A stretch of DNA of 64,000 nucleotides from Oligoflexales bacterium (lineage in GTDB: Bacteria; Bdellovibrionota_B; Oligoflexia; Oligoflexales; Bog-1112), in contig JBGCEP010000027.1 in assembly GCA_045106415.1 (NCBI GenBank), positions 64,001 to 128,000 of the forward strand, read 5' to 3'. The position numbers and the translations under genes were made by a program. The notes below the pieces were generated by a model. That model was not told the origin of the DNA, searched no databases, and saw only the letters and a program-made list of their open reading frames with translations. This document shows positions 9,387 to 19,497 of this stretch, piece by piece; the stretch's first letter is position 1; each line of letters begins with the position of its first letter.

Positions 9387-10364
9387 GTGACAGTTCAAAA
9401 AAAGTGGATCAGCCTTATAGTGCTAGGACTCACGTCCTTTGCTTATGGAAAAACTCTCTACCGCCACAACGGCGATAGTGTCACCCTTGAAAGCCTCAAC
9501 CCATCTCTGCAACAAGCTTACTATGAAGCAGAAAAAGCACACTATGACGCTTTAAGTGAAATCGCAGAGCGAGATGCATATGACCGCTACCTCAAAGACC
9601 TCTCTAAAAAGAAAAACAAAACAGTTGAGCAGGTAGAAACAGAACTTTTCGCAGCATCAGCAAGTGATGCTGATGCTAAGGCATGGTTTGATGAAAACAA
9701 ACACCGCCTAGGTGGGCGCGATTTTGATAAAATCAAAGGTGAAATCAAAACTTTTTTATCCTACCGCTTAAAAGAAGACGGTAGACATAAAATCATTGAA
9801 GATTTAAAAGAAAAAAAACAATTCTCAATGGCTTTAACAGCACCACAAAGACCTACTTTTAAAATCACAACAGATGGTTTTCCAAGCCGTGGCCCAGCAA
9901 ACGCAAAGGTCAAAATTGTCGAGTTCGCTGACTACCAGTGCCCACATTGCCAAAGAGCCGCTGAAGCTGTCAAAGACACTCTTAAAAAATTCCCTAAAAA
10001 TGTTAGTATGACTTTCTTGGACTACCCCATCAATCACTCTGGAATTTCTCGCCTTGTCGCTGAAGGTGCTGCATGTGCTCAACCTCAAGGAAAGTTCTGG
10101 GAATACCATGAGGAAGCTTTTGATAGCCAAAAAACCCTCTCAAAAGACTCACCTCTTGAAATTGCAAAAAAAGTGTCATTAGATGAGAAAAAATGGCAGC
10201 AATGCATGGATAGCGGTGAGGGTCGAAAAGTTGTCGAAGCTGGAGAAAAAGAAGCCGAACGCCTAGGCATCAGCGGAACTCCTACCATTTACATTAACGG
10301 TATTAAAATCGCAGGCTATGATCCCAAAGTGCTAGAAGAAGAGATCAGCAAAGCTTTAAAGTAA
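9387..10364 (+). CDS. DsbA/DsbG-like thioredoxin-fold protein with helical N-terminal domain, exported
   Basis: Signal peptide; EFADYQCPHC; GISGTPTIYING cis-Pro loop. Confidence 0.9.
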   Translation: MTVQKKWISLIVLGLTSFAYGKTLYRHNGDSVTLESLNPSLQQAYYEAEKAHYDALSEIAERDAYDRYLKDLSKKKNKTVEQVETELFAASASDADAKAWFDENKHRLGGRDFDKIKGEIKTFLSYRLKEDGRHKIIEDLKEKKQFSMALTAPQRPTFKITTDGFPSRGPANAKVKIVEFADYQCPHCQRAAEAVKDTLKKFPKNVSMTFLDYPINHSGISRLVAEGAACAQPQGKFWEYHEEAFDSQKTLSKDSPLEIAKKVSLDEKKWQQCMDSGEGRKVVEAGEKEAERLGISGTPTIYINGIKIAGYDPKVLEEEISKALK

Positions 10365-10388
10365 AAATTTTCTCCACACCACCTTTAT

Positions 10389-10421
10389 AGCCTCCGGCCA
10401 CAGCTGCCTGGAGGCTTTTTT
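10389..10421 (+). terminator. Rho-independent terminator
   Basis: AGCCTCCGG...CTGGAGGCT stem followed by a T-run, just after the DsbA stop. Confidence 0.75.
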
Positions 10422-10464
10422 ATATGCCTTAGGCAAAAACGTTCTATCAGCCTTTTCCTTATCG

Positions 10465-10472
10465 ACCGATAA
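10465..10472 (+). promoter_or_regulatory. Putative sigma28 (FliA)-type -10 box
   Basis: ACCGATAA (consensus GCCGATAA) upstream of the FliF-FliG-like gene; favours ATG 10501 over GTG 10480 as the start. Confidence 0.45.
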
Positions 10473-10500
10473 GAATGACGTGGAACTCGAAAGGCATAGA

Positions 10501-12687
10501 ATGAGACTTCGACGTTATAACAGCATAGCTATATGGCTCTTCTTAATTGCTATTTCTTCCAGCCGTTTGTTTGGTGCTGGAACAAAGCAAGAAGATCAGC
10601 AAATTCGACAAGAAAGTATTGCTGAAATCACAAAAACAGTCACACCACTCCTACGAAAGTATTGTAGCGATGCATGCCAACTCATTCGAGTCGATGTTGC
10701 AATCGACCACGCTCTACAAGAATCAAACGAACTTGGATTTGAAGGAGAGCAATCTCCTGAGAGTCTAGCTTATGTTGAGAAGGTTACTGTTTCCATTCAG
10801 GTAGACAGTAGAGTCACAAATTCTAACAGAGAAAGACTCGGAAAAATTCTCAATCATCACATAGAAAGCACAGGCCTACCAGCTGAAGTCAGCTGGGTTC
10901 AAATCGAACTTCCGCAAATTGGAGAATCTGCCGAGCTTGCTCAGAAACTCATCAATAAACTCCGCGCTCGAATCTCACGCTCAGTAGAAAACGTCATACA
11001 AAGCTACTGCCCTGAACAGTGCCTCTTATCAAATGTTGATGTTGATGGCCACCTTATTTCGCCAGACGAGGCCTCTGGCTTGAACCCCAGGGAAGTGATT
11101 CGCTCATCCTCAGGAAGAGGGTTTCTAAAAATTGACAGATCCAATGTTCTTATTACTATGGATAGGACACTCGGTGGAGCTGGGCGAGAACGGATTTTAA
11201 ACCTCATACAAGCTCGGACTCGATTTGTAAGCAATCTAGAAGTTGATACAAACATAACAGACTTTCCAGAGTCTCACACTGCTCGTCAAGAACGTATCAA
11301 CTCAGAAGCTGATGACCCTTATGGGCTGGAAAAACTTCGACGAGTTCTTACTTTATTCAGAGACCTTGCGGGCACGCGAGAAATTATTTCTTCTGCTAGC
11401 CATGAAAGTGAAACTGAATCCTGGATGGCTTGGCTGGGACTTCTCAGCGCAATAGCCTTAATTGGCGGCATTACCTACCAGCTCAACAATGCGAAACGTG
11501 ACGCTGCTGCGCTACTTGCTGAACCACAGACTGGGAAAAGCGAAACAGAAAACTCAGAAGTCGGTGATGAAATCCGCAAAGAGCTCAACCTAAGAATAAG
11601 AAACCAAGAAGTTCGAAAAGAACTCATAGATCTTTTCACCGAAGCCCCACGAGTTGCAAAAGAAACTTTTTCAAGGCTTCTGCAAGAAGATGGGGTGGAA
11701 GAGACTGCAAAATATGTCCACATCTTTGGAAAAATGGTCATTATGGACCTCTTGAACGATCCGAACCTACAAAGAGATCTTTATGAATTAACCGAGTATT
11801 ATCACAAATCCGATTTCGTTTTTACACTTGAAGAAGAGTGGAAGCTCTTGTCCTCGTTAAAAACACGAGTCACAGCTAGTGAAATACGTGTTCTCGCAAA
11901 AAACACAATGGATCAATTTGAATTTTTAAATCGATTAGATGCAAGTCAAATTTACAACCTTGTCGCGGATGAAAAACCGCAAGTCCAAGGTATCGTACTC
12001 ACACAAGTCGACCATAAACAACGCCGAACCGTATTCGACATGTTTAAAGGTGATGAAAAAGTTGCTCTTATGAAAGAGCTCTGTCGAGCAGATGCGATCC
12101 CTAAAGAATACCTTCAGAATGTCGCAAAAGCTCTTGGCCGAAAAGTCTTATCCAAACCAGAATTCGACACACAAAACTTAAGATCGAGTGACGTCTTACT
12201 AGATCTACTTGAAAAAGCATCTTTAAAAGAACAACGAGCCCTGATGACCAATCTCACTGAAACAAATCCTGATGCCGCACGAGCGATCAAATTAAAACTT
12301 GTTACCATCGAGATGTTACCTTTCTTAAAAGATGGACATCTCCTTGAGGTCATTATGGGCCTTGAACGTGAAGATCTCTTAACCTTCCTCAAAGGCGCAG
12401 ATGAGCACATTCTGGAGCTTCTTCTCTCACACGTACCGCAAGAACTTGCTGACAGCTGGCTAGAAGACTTAGAAAGCATTGCTTCTGTCGACGACAGTAA
12501 ATACCGCCTCGTCGAAATGATGGTCCTTGGGCGAGTCAGAAACCTCGCATCAAATGGCGCATTTAACTTGCTTGATATTAATGAGATGCTGTTCGCCGAA
12601 GCAAATGATAATTCAAATCAAGGCCCTTCACAACAGGGCCCTGATGATATGAATCTCGGCTTGAGTCCTATGAACCTTATTGCCTAA
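10501..12687 (+). CDS. FliF-like (2x RBM3-like, TM, FliF-C) fused to complete FliG-like domains
   Basis: N-terminal signal/TM; two periplasmic repeats (LLRKYCSDAC...VEKVTVSIQVD; VIQSYCPEQC...IDRSNVLITMD); TM WMAWLGLLSAIALIGG; FliG-M FEFL...DEKPQ; FliG-C LKGA...LEDL...VRNLASNG. Confidence 0.75.
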   Translation: MRLRRYNSIAIWLFLIAISSSRLFGAGTKQEDQQIRQESIAEITKTVTPLLRKYCSDACQLIRVDVAIDHALQESNELGFEGEQSPESLAYVEKVTVSIQVDSRVTNSNRERLGKILNHHIESTGLPAEVSWVQIELPQIGESAELAQKLINKLRARISRSVENVIQSYCPEQCLLSNVDVDGHLISPDEASGLNPREVIRSSSGRGFLKIDRSNVLITMDRTLGGAGRERILNLIQARTRFVSNLEVDTNITDFPESHTARQERINSEADDPYGLEKLRRVLTLFRDLAGTREIISSASHESETESWMAWLGLLSAIALIGGITYQLNNAKRDAAALLAEPQTGKSETENSEVGDEIRKELNLRIRNQEVRKELIDLFTEAPRVAKETFSRLLQEDGVEETAKYVHIFGKMVIMDLLNDPNLQRDLYELTEYYHKSDFVFTLEEEWKLLSSLKTRVTASEIRVLAKNTMDQFEFLNRLDASQIYNLVADEKPQVQGIVLTQVDHKQRRTVFDMFKGDEKVALMKELCRADAIPKEYLQNVAKALGRKVLSKPEFDTQNLRSSDVLLDLLEKASLKEQRALMTNLTETNPDAARAIKLKLVTIEMLPFLKDGHLLEVIMGLEREDLLTFLKGADEHILELLLSHVPQELADSWLEDLESIASVDDSKYRLVEMMVLGRVRNLASNGAFNLLDINEMLFAEANDNSNQGPSQQGPDDMNLGLSPMNLIA

Positions 12688-13591
12688 GGCTCACGTCACT
12701 TTTTCGAGTTCCTTCCACAGCAATATGTGAAGGAACTTTTTGATTTTCAGTCATCTCTGTTGTATTCACATGAGACATCGCTTCTTGCAGCTGAAAATTC
12801 ACAAGAGAGCGCGGCGCCCAAAAAACTTGCGATAGCTCTTGCGCCAAGTCTCTCCTAGGATTGACATCAACAAGAGACTGCATCAATTGCGGCATAGGTA
12901 CCAATAAAGCTGCTGTAAAGAGCATTTTTTCATACTCCAACATCTCACGGTCCAATTCACCCAATTCAGGAAATTGTGAGCGCTCCGCTTCAAATACAAT
13001 TCGAGCTAAATCTCGAACCATGCTCATACGAGCATGAGCCCTGATATCTCCTTTACGGACCTGCAAAGTGTAGTGCCCCGGTTTGGTTCTTAAAACTCTC
13101 GTCAAACGATCAAAAATATCGGCCGTTTGCGTTTGAATAAAAGAAAAATAACGGAACACTTCAGGCAAGTACAAAGGCGGCGTCTGCGCTTCAGCTCTGC
13201 CTAAAAGATCATGCACAAAATTCAAAACTCTCGTCCGAGTCGGCTGTAGCTGTGAATCCACACACTCCAGAACTTTCTTTCGAATCTGTTTTTGCGCACT
13301 CAACTCTGTGTACTCATACCACGCTTCATCTAAAGTGATATGCCCCACTGCCAAGTCATGAATCAAGCCAATATCTGTGACAAGCCCATGAGCTAATTTT
13401 TCGAGAGCGAAAATAGAACGGACATTCTTTTCCCCTCGTTTCCAGTGACTACAGTCTGAGGGCGAAAAACCTAAAATCTGCCCTACTTCTTGATCATGAA
13501 CTTTGCGATCAGATCTCAAGACGAGAACCTTATGGCAAAACTTAAACAACTGCATAGAACTAGGGAACTTAACCGAACCCGTACGCCTCAT
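12677..13591 (-). CDS. XRE-type HTH fused to degenerate ImmA/IrrE-like domain
   Basis: DQEVGQILGFSPSDCSHWKRG HTH; C-terminal ARMSMVRDLAR (HExxH position degenerate) and EYEKMLFTAALLVP. Confidence 0.65.
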   Translation of the reverse strand: MRRTGSVKFPSSMQLFKFCHKVLVLRSDRKVHDQEVGQILGFSPSDCSHWKRGEKNVRSIFALEKLAHGLVTDIGLIHDLAVGHITLDEAWYEYTELSAQKQIRKKVLECVDSQLQPTRTRVLNFVHDLLGRAEAQTPPLYLPEVFRYFSFIQTQTADIFDRLTRVLRTKPGHYTLQVRKGDIRAHARMSMVRDLARIVFEAERSQFPELGELDREMLEYEKMLFTAALLVPMPQLMQSLVDVNPRRDLAQELSQVFWAPRSLVNFQLQEAMSHVNTTEMTENQKVPSHIAVEGTRKSDVSLRQ

Positions 13592-13656
13592 GATCCCTCC
13601 AGAAGTGGATGAAGCAACTGCTCAACAAATACTCTAAAAATGAGAACTTACCGATC

Positions 13657-13685
13657 ACTATAACGACCGAGACGGTATGGGTCAA
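13657..13685 (-). promoter_or_regulatory. sigma70-type promoter
   Basis: TTGACC-17 bp-TATAGT on the minus strand, upstream of 13591. Confidence 0.6.
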
Positions 13686-13784
13686 GTCCGAGGGGTGACA
13701 TTTCTAACTCTTATAACTCACTGTCTTTTTATAATAATTTTCTAAATCACTAAATACGAGATGGAAGGTAAGGCTTTCTAAAGT

Positions 13785-14312
13785 CTACCGACGCTTCAAC
13801 AGTAACTTAGAAAGAGGGGTTCCAACCGTTGTATAAAAAACAAGATAATAAAAAAAATAGCTCCCTCCCCCTAAAAAAATAATATGGCCCCATGAAGACA
13901 AGTCCCATAAAAAGGCTATTTTATCTTTTATGACATGATGGTCAAAACCAGTAAAAACCCCGACCAAAAGGGTGCAAGCCCACGCTAAAAAACCTAGAAA
14001 AGCTATGAAAAAAGTATCAGTAAATAGCAAAGACAGTACATAAAAAAATCTCATTTTTTTATGTACATCTGGATCTTCATCACGAATTTTTGATTTTTTT
14101 TTGTGTAACGTTATATCTTTATCTTGCCGGCCTACAGGCTCTTCTAAAAGCTCTGGAAGTTGAAGTGATGGCTTCTGTACAGTCTGACATTGTGCAGATT
14201 TTGAGATTAAAGCAGCTCGCCCTAAACCCACGCCGGGGGACAAGGCCTTTAAGTCTTTGAGCTGCAAGGTATCCGCTCTTTGTAAGCATGATTTTTTCAA
14301 AAGACTGTTCAT
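13785..14312 (-). CDS. Membrane protein, two TM segments (weakly RDD-like C-terminus)
   Basis: Hydrophobic segments FFYVLSLLFTD...; YFFYYLVFYTTVGTPLSK. Confidence 0.55.
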   Translation of the reverse strand: MNSLLKKSCLQRADTLQLKDLKALSPGVGLGRAALISKSAQCQTVQKPSLQLPELLEEPVGRQDKDITLHKKKSKIRDEDPDVHKKMRFFYVLSLLFTDTFFIAFLGFLAWACTLLVGVFTGFDHHVIKDKIAFLWDLSSWGHIIFLGGGSYFFYYLVFYTTVGTPLSKLLLKRR

Positions 14313-14325
14313 ACATTCGATTATA

Positions 14326-14652
14326 CTACGAAATCATCATAGAGTCCGTGTCGAATTCTTCAGCACTCAACTCTTGTGTCGAACGATACAGTTCTTGCTG
14401 CCTTTGGCGTGTACGCTTTTGGTCTTCTTTTGTGGGTCTTTCTTCAACACGATACGAAGAAACAACTCCCTCGATTGCTTTCATCGCAGCGTCGAAGCAC
14501 TCATCTGAAAGCTTATGCAAATCTCGTCGAAGCATTAATATTTGGGCGTTTCGAACAGATAAACGTCCCATTTCAACCCGTGTTTGCTCCACCCGATCAA
14601 AATACCAACTCAACTCATGGATGGTCGCTTTATTTTCAAAATTCGCGTACAT
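14326..14652 (-). CDS. Hypothetical protein
   Basis: 108 aa ORF with AAGGAG RBS, co-oriented with and 13 bp from the next gene. Confidence 0.6.
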   Translation of the reverse strand: MYANFENKATIHELSWYFDRVEQTRVEMGRLSVRNAQILMLRRDLHKLSDECFDAAMKAIEGVVSSYRVEERPTKEDQKRTRQRQQELYRSTQELSAEEFDTDSMMIS

Positions 14653-14849
14653 GAAAGCTCCTTAATGATCCCTTCGGAACATGTCTTTGAGTTTCAATAG
14701 ATATTTTTTTCTTGTTAAGTTCTGTAAAAAAGGAAACTGTACATCTCAATTTTTTCAATTTTCTAGACTTGTTGTACAAAAGAGGCTATGTCAGAGTCCA
14801 GGCGTTCTTTTTCAAGGACTTTAATCTTCAGACCAACTTAGGAAAGAAT

Positions 14850-16286
14850 ATGCGAACTCTTTTCGTCCGAAACTCCCTCAGTGGCAAACGAGAACAAATC
14901 GTACCCATTCAACCTGGACATATTGGACTCTACGCCTGCGGCGTAACCGTCTATGACGATTGCCACATTGGGCATGCCATGCAAGCGATTTTCTTCGATG
15001 TGATGCGCCATTATCTTGAGTTCGCAGGCTATAAAGTCACCTATGTACGTAACTATACTGATGTCGATGATAAAATCATCCAACGCGCTCAAGAACGTAA
15101 CATGTCGCCAAAAGATCTCGCTGAAACCATGATCAAGTCCAGCGAAAACGACATGCTTGCATTAGGGGTTACTCCTCCAACCCACGCACCAAAAGTCTCT
15201 GAAAGCATTAACGACATTATTGAGCTCATTGAGACGCTCATTCAAAAAGACGCAGCTTATTCTGTTCAGGGTGACGTATATTACAGGGTTCGTTCTAAAA
15301 AAGACTACGGAAAACTCTCGAACCGTCACATTGATGATTTGCGGTCTGGAGCTAGAATTGCTCAAGGCGACATTAAAGAAGACCCTTTAGACTTTGCATT
15401 ATGGAAAGCTGACACAACAAAAGACGCGAGCTGGAAAAGTCCTTGGGGCCAAGGACGGCCAGGGTGGCACATTGAGTGCTCAGCAATGTCTCATAAAATT
15501 CTTGGCCCACAGTTTGATCTACACGGTGGTGGGCGAGACCTTATTTTTCCACATCATGAAAATGAAATCGCGCAATCAGAATCTGCGCATGGTTGCCAGT
15601 ACGCTAAATACTGGCTTCATTCTGGGCTTTTAACCATCCAGCATCAAAAAATGTCTAAAAGCCTTGGGAACTCAATCACAATTCAAAAATTCCTAGAACA
15701 ATGGCCCGCTGAAGTTCTAAGAATTGCTTATCTTCATAATCACTACGCTTCTAATGTTGACCTGAGTAATGAAGTCTTTTCAAGATGCTTACGAAAACTC
15801 ATTTACGCATATGAAACTCTTTGTCGCCTTCACGTATCTCTTAAAGACACCCCTAAGTCAGAAGGGTTGGCTGACACCGAAGAAGAGTTTCACAAATGCA
15901 TGAGCGATGACTTTAATACACCTGTCGCCATGAGCATTGTGAACCAATCTCTAAAATTAATAAATCGTTTACTCGCTAAAAAACCAACTCCAGAAAATAT
16001 CAAAATTCTCAGCCAGCACGCACACACCTTAAAAAGTATAGGCCAAGTTCTTGGGCTTTTCCAAGCCGAGCCACAAAGCTTTTTAAAAACCTTAAGAGCA
16101 AGGCTACTCTCTGAAATCGGCCTCCAAGAGGCTGAAATTCAAAATAAAATTTCAGAAAGAAATCAAGCGCGATCTGATAAAAATTGGGCTGAAAGCGATC
16201 GTATTCGCGATGAACTTCTTAAACACGGAATCCTTATCTGTGACCACCAAACAGGCACAACCTGGAGTGTCCAACCAGAAGAATAA
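14850..16286 (+). CDS. cysS: Cysteine-tRNA ligase
   Basis: [42 protein letters not shown]; start moved to ATG 14850. Confidence 0.97.
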   Translation: MRTLFVRNSLSGKREQIVPIQPGHIGLYACGVTVYDDCHIGHAMQAIFFDVMRHYLEFAGYKVTYVRNYTDVDDKIIQRAQERNMSPKDLAETMIKSSENDMLALGVTPPTHAPKVSESINDIIELIETLIQKDAAYSVQGDVYYRVRSKKDYGKLSNRHIDDLRSGARIAQGDIKEDPLDFALWKADTTKDASWKSPWGQGRPGWHIECSAMSHKILGPQFDLHGGGRDLIFPHHENEIAQSESAHGCQYAKYWLHSGLLTIQHQKMSKSLGNSITIQKFLEQWPAEVLRIAYLHNHYASNVDLSNEVFSRCLRKLIYAYETLCRLHVSLKDTPKSEGLADTEEEFHKCMSDDFNTPVAMSIVNQSLKLINRLLAKKPTPENIKILSQHAHTLKSIGQVLGLFQAEPQSFLKTLRARLLSEIGLQEAEIQNKISERNQARSDKNWAESDRIRDELLKHGILICDHQTGTTWSVQPEE

Positions 16287-16289
16287 AAC

Positions 16290-16346
16290 TAGATGAGTCA
16301 TAAAAAAAGCCAGATGTTAAATCTGGATTTTTTTATGACTCATCTA
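16290..16346. terminator. Bidirectional terminator between convergent cysS and greA
   Basis: Long inverted repeat TAGATGAGTCATAAAAAAAGCCAGAT / ATCTGGATTTTTTTATGACTCATCTA. Confidence 0.85.
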
Positions 16347-16357
16347 AATCGTTAAAT

Positions 16358-16840
16358 TTAATAGTGTATAGAAACCACTTCAAATTCTCGAAGACCTTTC
16401 GGTGCTTTAAACTCAATAGGATCACCAATCATTCGACCCAACAGCGCTTTTGCAAGTGGAGAACTAATAGAAAGTAAGTTTCTTTCAATATCAGCCTCTA
16501 AATCACCAACAATACGATACTCTTTCTCTTCTCCTGAATCGACATCTTCTAACTTGACGTAAGCCCCAAAACGCACTTTATCGCTATTGTGCTCACCGTC
16601 AGAGTTTTCAATAACTTGCGCACGTGCAAGTTTATCTTCAAGCTCTGCAATGCGTGCCTCAATAAGCCCTTGGCGCTCACGAGCAGCATGATACTCAGCG
16701 TTTTCTTTTAAATCGCCATGTGAACGCGCTTCAGCAATAGACTCAATAACAGATGGACGATCTTCAACTTTTAACCGTTTCAACTCGACAGTCAAAACAT
16801 TATGACCCTCGCGAGTTAACGGGACAGATTCAACACTCAT
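16358..16840 (-). CDS. greA: Transcription elongation factor GreA
   Basis: EARSHGDLKENAEYHAA, SISSPLAKALLG. Confidence 0.97.
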   Translation of the reverse strand: MSVESVPLTREGHNVLTVELKRLKVEDRPSVIESIAEARSHGDLKENAEYHAARERQGLIEARIAELEDKLARAQVIENSDGEHNSDKVRFGAYVKLEDVDSGEEKEYRIVGDLEADIERNLLSISSPLAKALLGRMIGDPIEFKAPKGLREFEVVSIHY

Positions 16841-16871
16841 TTTTTAAACCTCTTCAACTTTACAGCGCCCC

Positions 16872-18275
16872 TTAAAAACTATGAGTCGCAGAAAAAGCAA
16901 ATGTTGAAGAAACAGCTTCAATATCTTGAATCACTGAATCTCCAAGTTTCTGTGCCTTTCCGCTTCCTTGTTGGAACACTACACCAGCACCAATTTGACT
17001 ATTCGGTTGCACCCACGATGCAAAAAGAGAGGCACCGCTATAATCAACATGATCATTTTGACCTGCATATTGCTCACTCACTTCCGGTCTCGCATCATTA
17101 TTTGTAAAGATACCGACTCGTACCGGAACCGCTGGCACCACATAGTACTCCATACCTGCCGCTGCATTCAAGACCTGATTTCGTTCGTAGTAATAACGAT
17201 CCTTAGCAGCACCCCCATCTTGAACAGCAGCAAAGACTCCTTCTTTCTCTCCTTTAGACGCTGTTGTGAGAATAACATCTGTCGTCACAAGCAACCTTGT
17301 GGAACCAAACCATGCCACACCAGCTCTTAATTCATCTGGATATTTCGACCCTAAAGGATTGCTAGACTCTGATTCAATAAGGGTTCTTTGAATACCAGCT
17401 GTACTCTTCGTAGGTATCATTCCACCATTTGCTTCTTCAACAGACGTATTATCAGCGGAAACTAGCTGGAGATTAAGGCCCTCTGTCGCCACATCATACA
17501 GTTGACTGACATAGGCTCCTCCGATTTTTGCAGTCAAACCGAGGGCAACATCTCCAAAAACATACTGAGCACCAAAAACAGGTTGGATTGCCATAGCACT
17601 TAAGGATTCTCGTACATTCAAAGCGCGACGCGTGTAATTATTTGTACATGATTCTGACTGGCTCACATCCTGATAAACCTGTGTCAACTCATCAATCCCA
17701 TAATAGTTCAACCCAAAACCTAAAGAGAAATTATTCGAAATTCTATAACCAGCTCCAGCCGCATACAATGAGGTTGTCGCTTTTTGGTTCACAACTCGAT
17801 GATACCGGTGAAGAAGGTTTGAACCACTTGTACCATCATCACAGGTTCTTGAGCTCAACACCTGAGCCTCATTCTCTTTAATCAGATCGTTCTGCTCTTT
17901 TTGCTCCCCATCAAGAGTCATAATCCCAAAAGCAAACACAAGACCTTTTTCAATATGATCCAACTTATTCAACCCTCCAAAGAAAGACGGCAGGCTCCCT
18001 CCGCTTTCTTCGACAAAGTCTTTACCTGCAATTGTGCCCTTATATGTGACTGTTCTGCTGTAGAGTGCGTTAGCAGAACCTGAAATATCGTTTGAAAGTG
18101 CAAAAGCCAAGCCTGCTGGGTTATAAAAAACACCAGAGGCATCATCAGAAACACCAACAAACGCGCCTCCTAGGCCAATCGCTCTATCTCCAATCAAAAC
18201 ATTTGAATAGTGGTATTGATCAGCCAGGGCCTGAACAGGAACACTCAATAACAGCATCAATAAAACATGGTGCAT
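16872..18275 (-). CDS. FadL/OmpP1-like outer-membrane beta-barrel
   Basis: Signal peptide, GDRAIGLGGAFVG..DDASGVFYNPAGL, C-terminal Phe. Confidence 0.8.
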   Translation of the reverse strand: MHHVLLMLLLSVPVQALADQYHYSNVLIGDRAIGLGGAFVGVSDDASGVFYNPAGLAFALSNDISGSANALYSRTVTYKGTIAGKDFVEESGGSLPSFFGGLNKLDHIEKGLVFAFGIMTLDGEQKEQNDLIKENEAQVLSSRTCDDGTSGSNLLHRYHRVVNQKATTSLYAAGAGYRISNNFSLGFGLNYYGIDELTQVYQDVSQSESCTNNYTRRALNVRESLSAMAIQPVFGAQYVFGDVALGLTAKIGGAYVSQLYDVATEGLNLQLVSADNTSVEEANGGMIPTKSTAGIQRTLIESESSNPLGSKYPDELRAGVAWFGSTRLLVTTDVILTTASKGEKEGVFAAVQDGGAAKDRYYYERNQVLNAAAGMEYYVVPAVPVRVGIFTNNDARPEVSEQYAGQNDHVDYSGASLFASWVQPNSQIGAGVVFQQGSGKAQKLGDSVIQDIEAVSSTFAFSATHSF

Positions 18276-18302
18276 AGCTCTTCTCCGTATGGTTGTTTGA
18301 AA

Positions 18303-19286
18303 TTATATTTTTGTGTTCTTTCTAGATTGAGGAAGAACTTTATAAAACTGTTGATATCTTTCTTTACCAATCGCACCCACCATTTGATGAGCTTTCATGC
18401 TTCGCAGTAGTTTTACAATTTTACGTTGTCGATTGATCACTGTGGGATGAGTTTTCTCAAGAGTTTTAAGTTTCGTATGTTTTTTACCTTGCTCTAAGCG
18501 CTGTAAAAAATGCAACATTCCTTTTGGCTCATAACCCGCTCGAATAGCATACTTGACCCCTAGCTGATCGGCCTCATACTCTAATTTTTGATCAAGCCCT
18601 TTTTCCAGAATAACTGACATACCCGCAGAGGCTGCTTGAAGTAAGCTAAGACCTGTTCCAGAGGAGCCTGAAAGATATCGAGCGAGCTTATCACCTGTTG
18701 CTGACTTTTCAGCATCAGGACGTTTGCGAACACGCATCGAGTATGGCTTTCCTTTTTCATTTTTCTTTCTGCTATCTAATTCTTTTGCTTGATCTGTTCT
18801 TTCCTTTTCATCCATTGACCGCAAAGTATCAAACATATGACGACGGCCAACATGGGCAACCTCATGCCCCAGAATCGCTGCTAATTCAGCTTCTGTTTTA
18901 ATCTTTTTCAACGCTCCAAGAGTAATTAAAATATACCCTCCTGGGCATGCAAAAGCGTTCACAGCTTCCGTATCCAAAATAGCAAACATATAGCGACGCT
19001 CAGGAGCATCACTGTAAGTGCCTATGTAGTTTCCTACTTTATTTAAGTATTCAACTGTCGAACGATCACCATAAGTTCCATAATACGTAAGGAGACGGCC
19101 AGCCATATTACGACCAATTTCAACCTCTGCTTGATATTCTTCTACTTTTTTCTGCAACGCTTTCTTTTGGCTAGAAAGTTTCACTTCAGAAGCACATCCT
19201 GCTCCCAAAGTTGCTACCAAAGCAGCAATGCAAAAAATATAAAGATCGTTTTTTTTGAACCGAAACCGCATGCAAGCCTCATTCAT
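18303..19286 (-). CDS. M48-family zinc metalloprotease, probable lipoprotein
   Basis: LGAGC lipobox; VNAFACPGG, HEVAH, EYEAD, THP. Confidence 0.9.
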   Translation of the reverse strand: MNEACMRFRFKKNDLYIFCIAALVATLGAGCASEVKLSSQKKALQKKVEEYQAEVEIGRNMAGRLLTYYGTYGDRSTVEYLNKVGNYIGTYSDAPERRYMFAILDTEAVNAFACPGGYILITLGALKKIKTEAELAAILGHEVAHVGRRHMFDTLRSMDEKERTDQAKELDSRKKNEKGKPYSMRVRKRPDAEKSATGDKLARYLSGSSGTGLSLLQAASAGMSVILEKGLDQKLEYEADQLGVKYAIRAGYEPKGMLHFLQRLEQGKKHTKLKTLEKTHPTVINRQRKIVKLLRSMKAHQMVGAIGKERYQQFYKVLPQSRKNTKI

Positions 19287-19433
19287 CTCAAATAGCTATA
19301 TAGAGATATTGTATTGCGTGGCTTTCAAAGGGTGTGAGGCAAAAAGTAGTCACTTTTAATCGCTGAACTTATTAAATCCAAAACAAATGCACTGTCAAAA
19401 ATAACCTTCGCCACCGCACACTAGGTTTTCACA

Positions 19434-19468
19434 AAAAAACCAGTAACCTCAATTGTTACTGGTTTTTT
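19434..19468. terminator. Rho-independent terminator after the SH3 gene
   Basis: AAAAAACCAGTAAC-loop-GTTACTGGTTTTTT. Confidence 0.8.
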
Positions 19469-19497
19469 AAAAATCGTTTATTTATTGGATAATGCCG

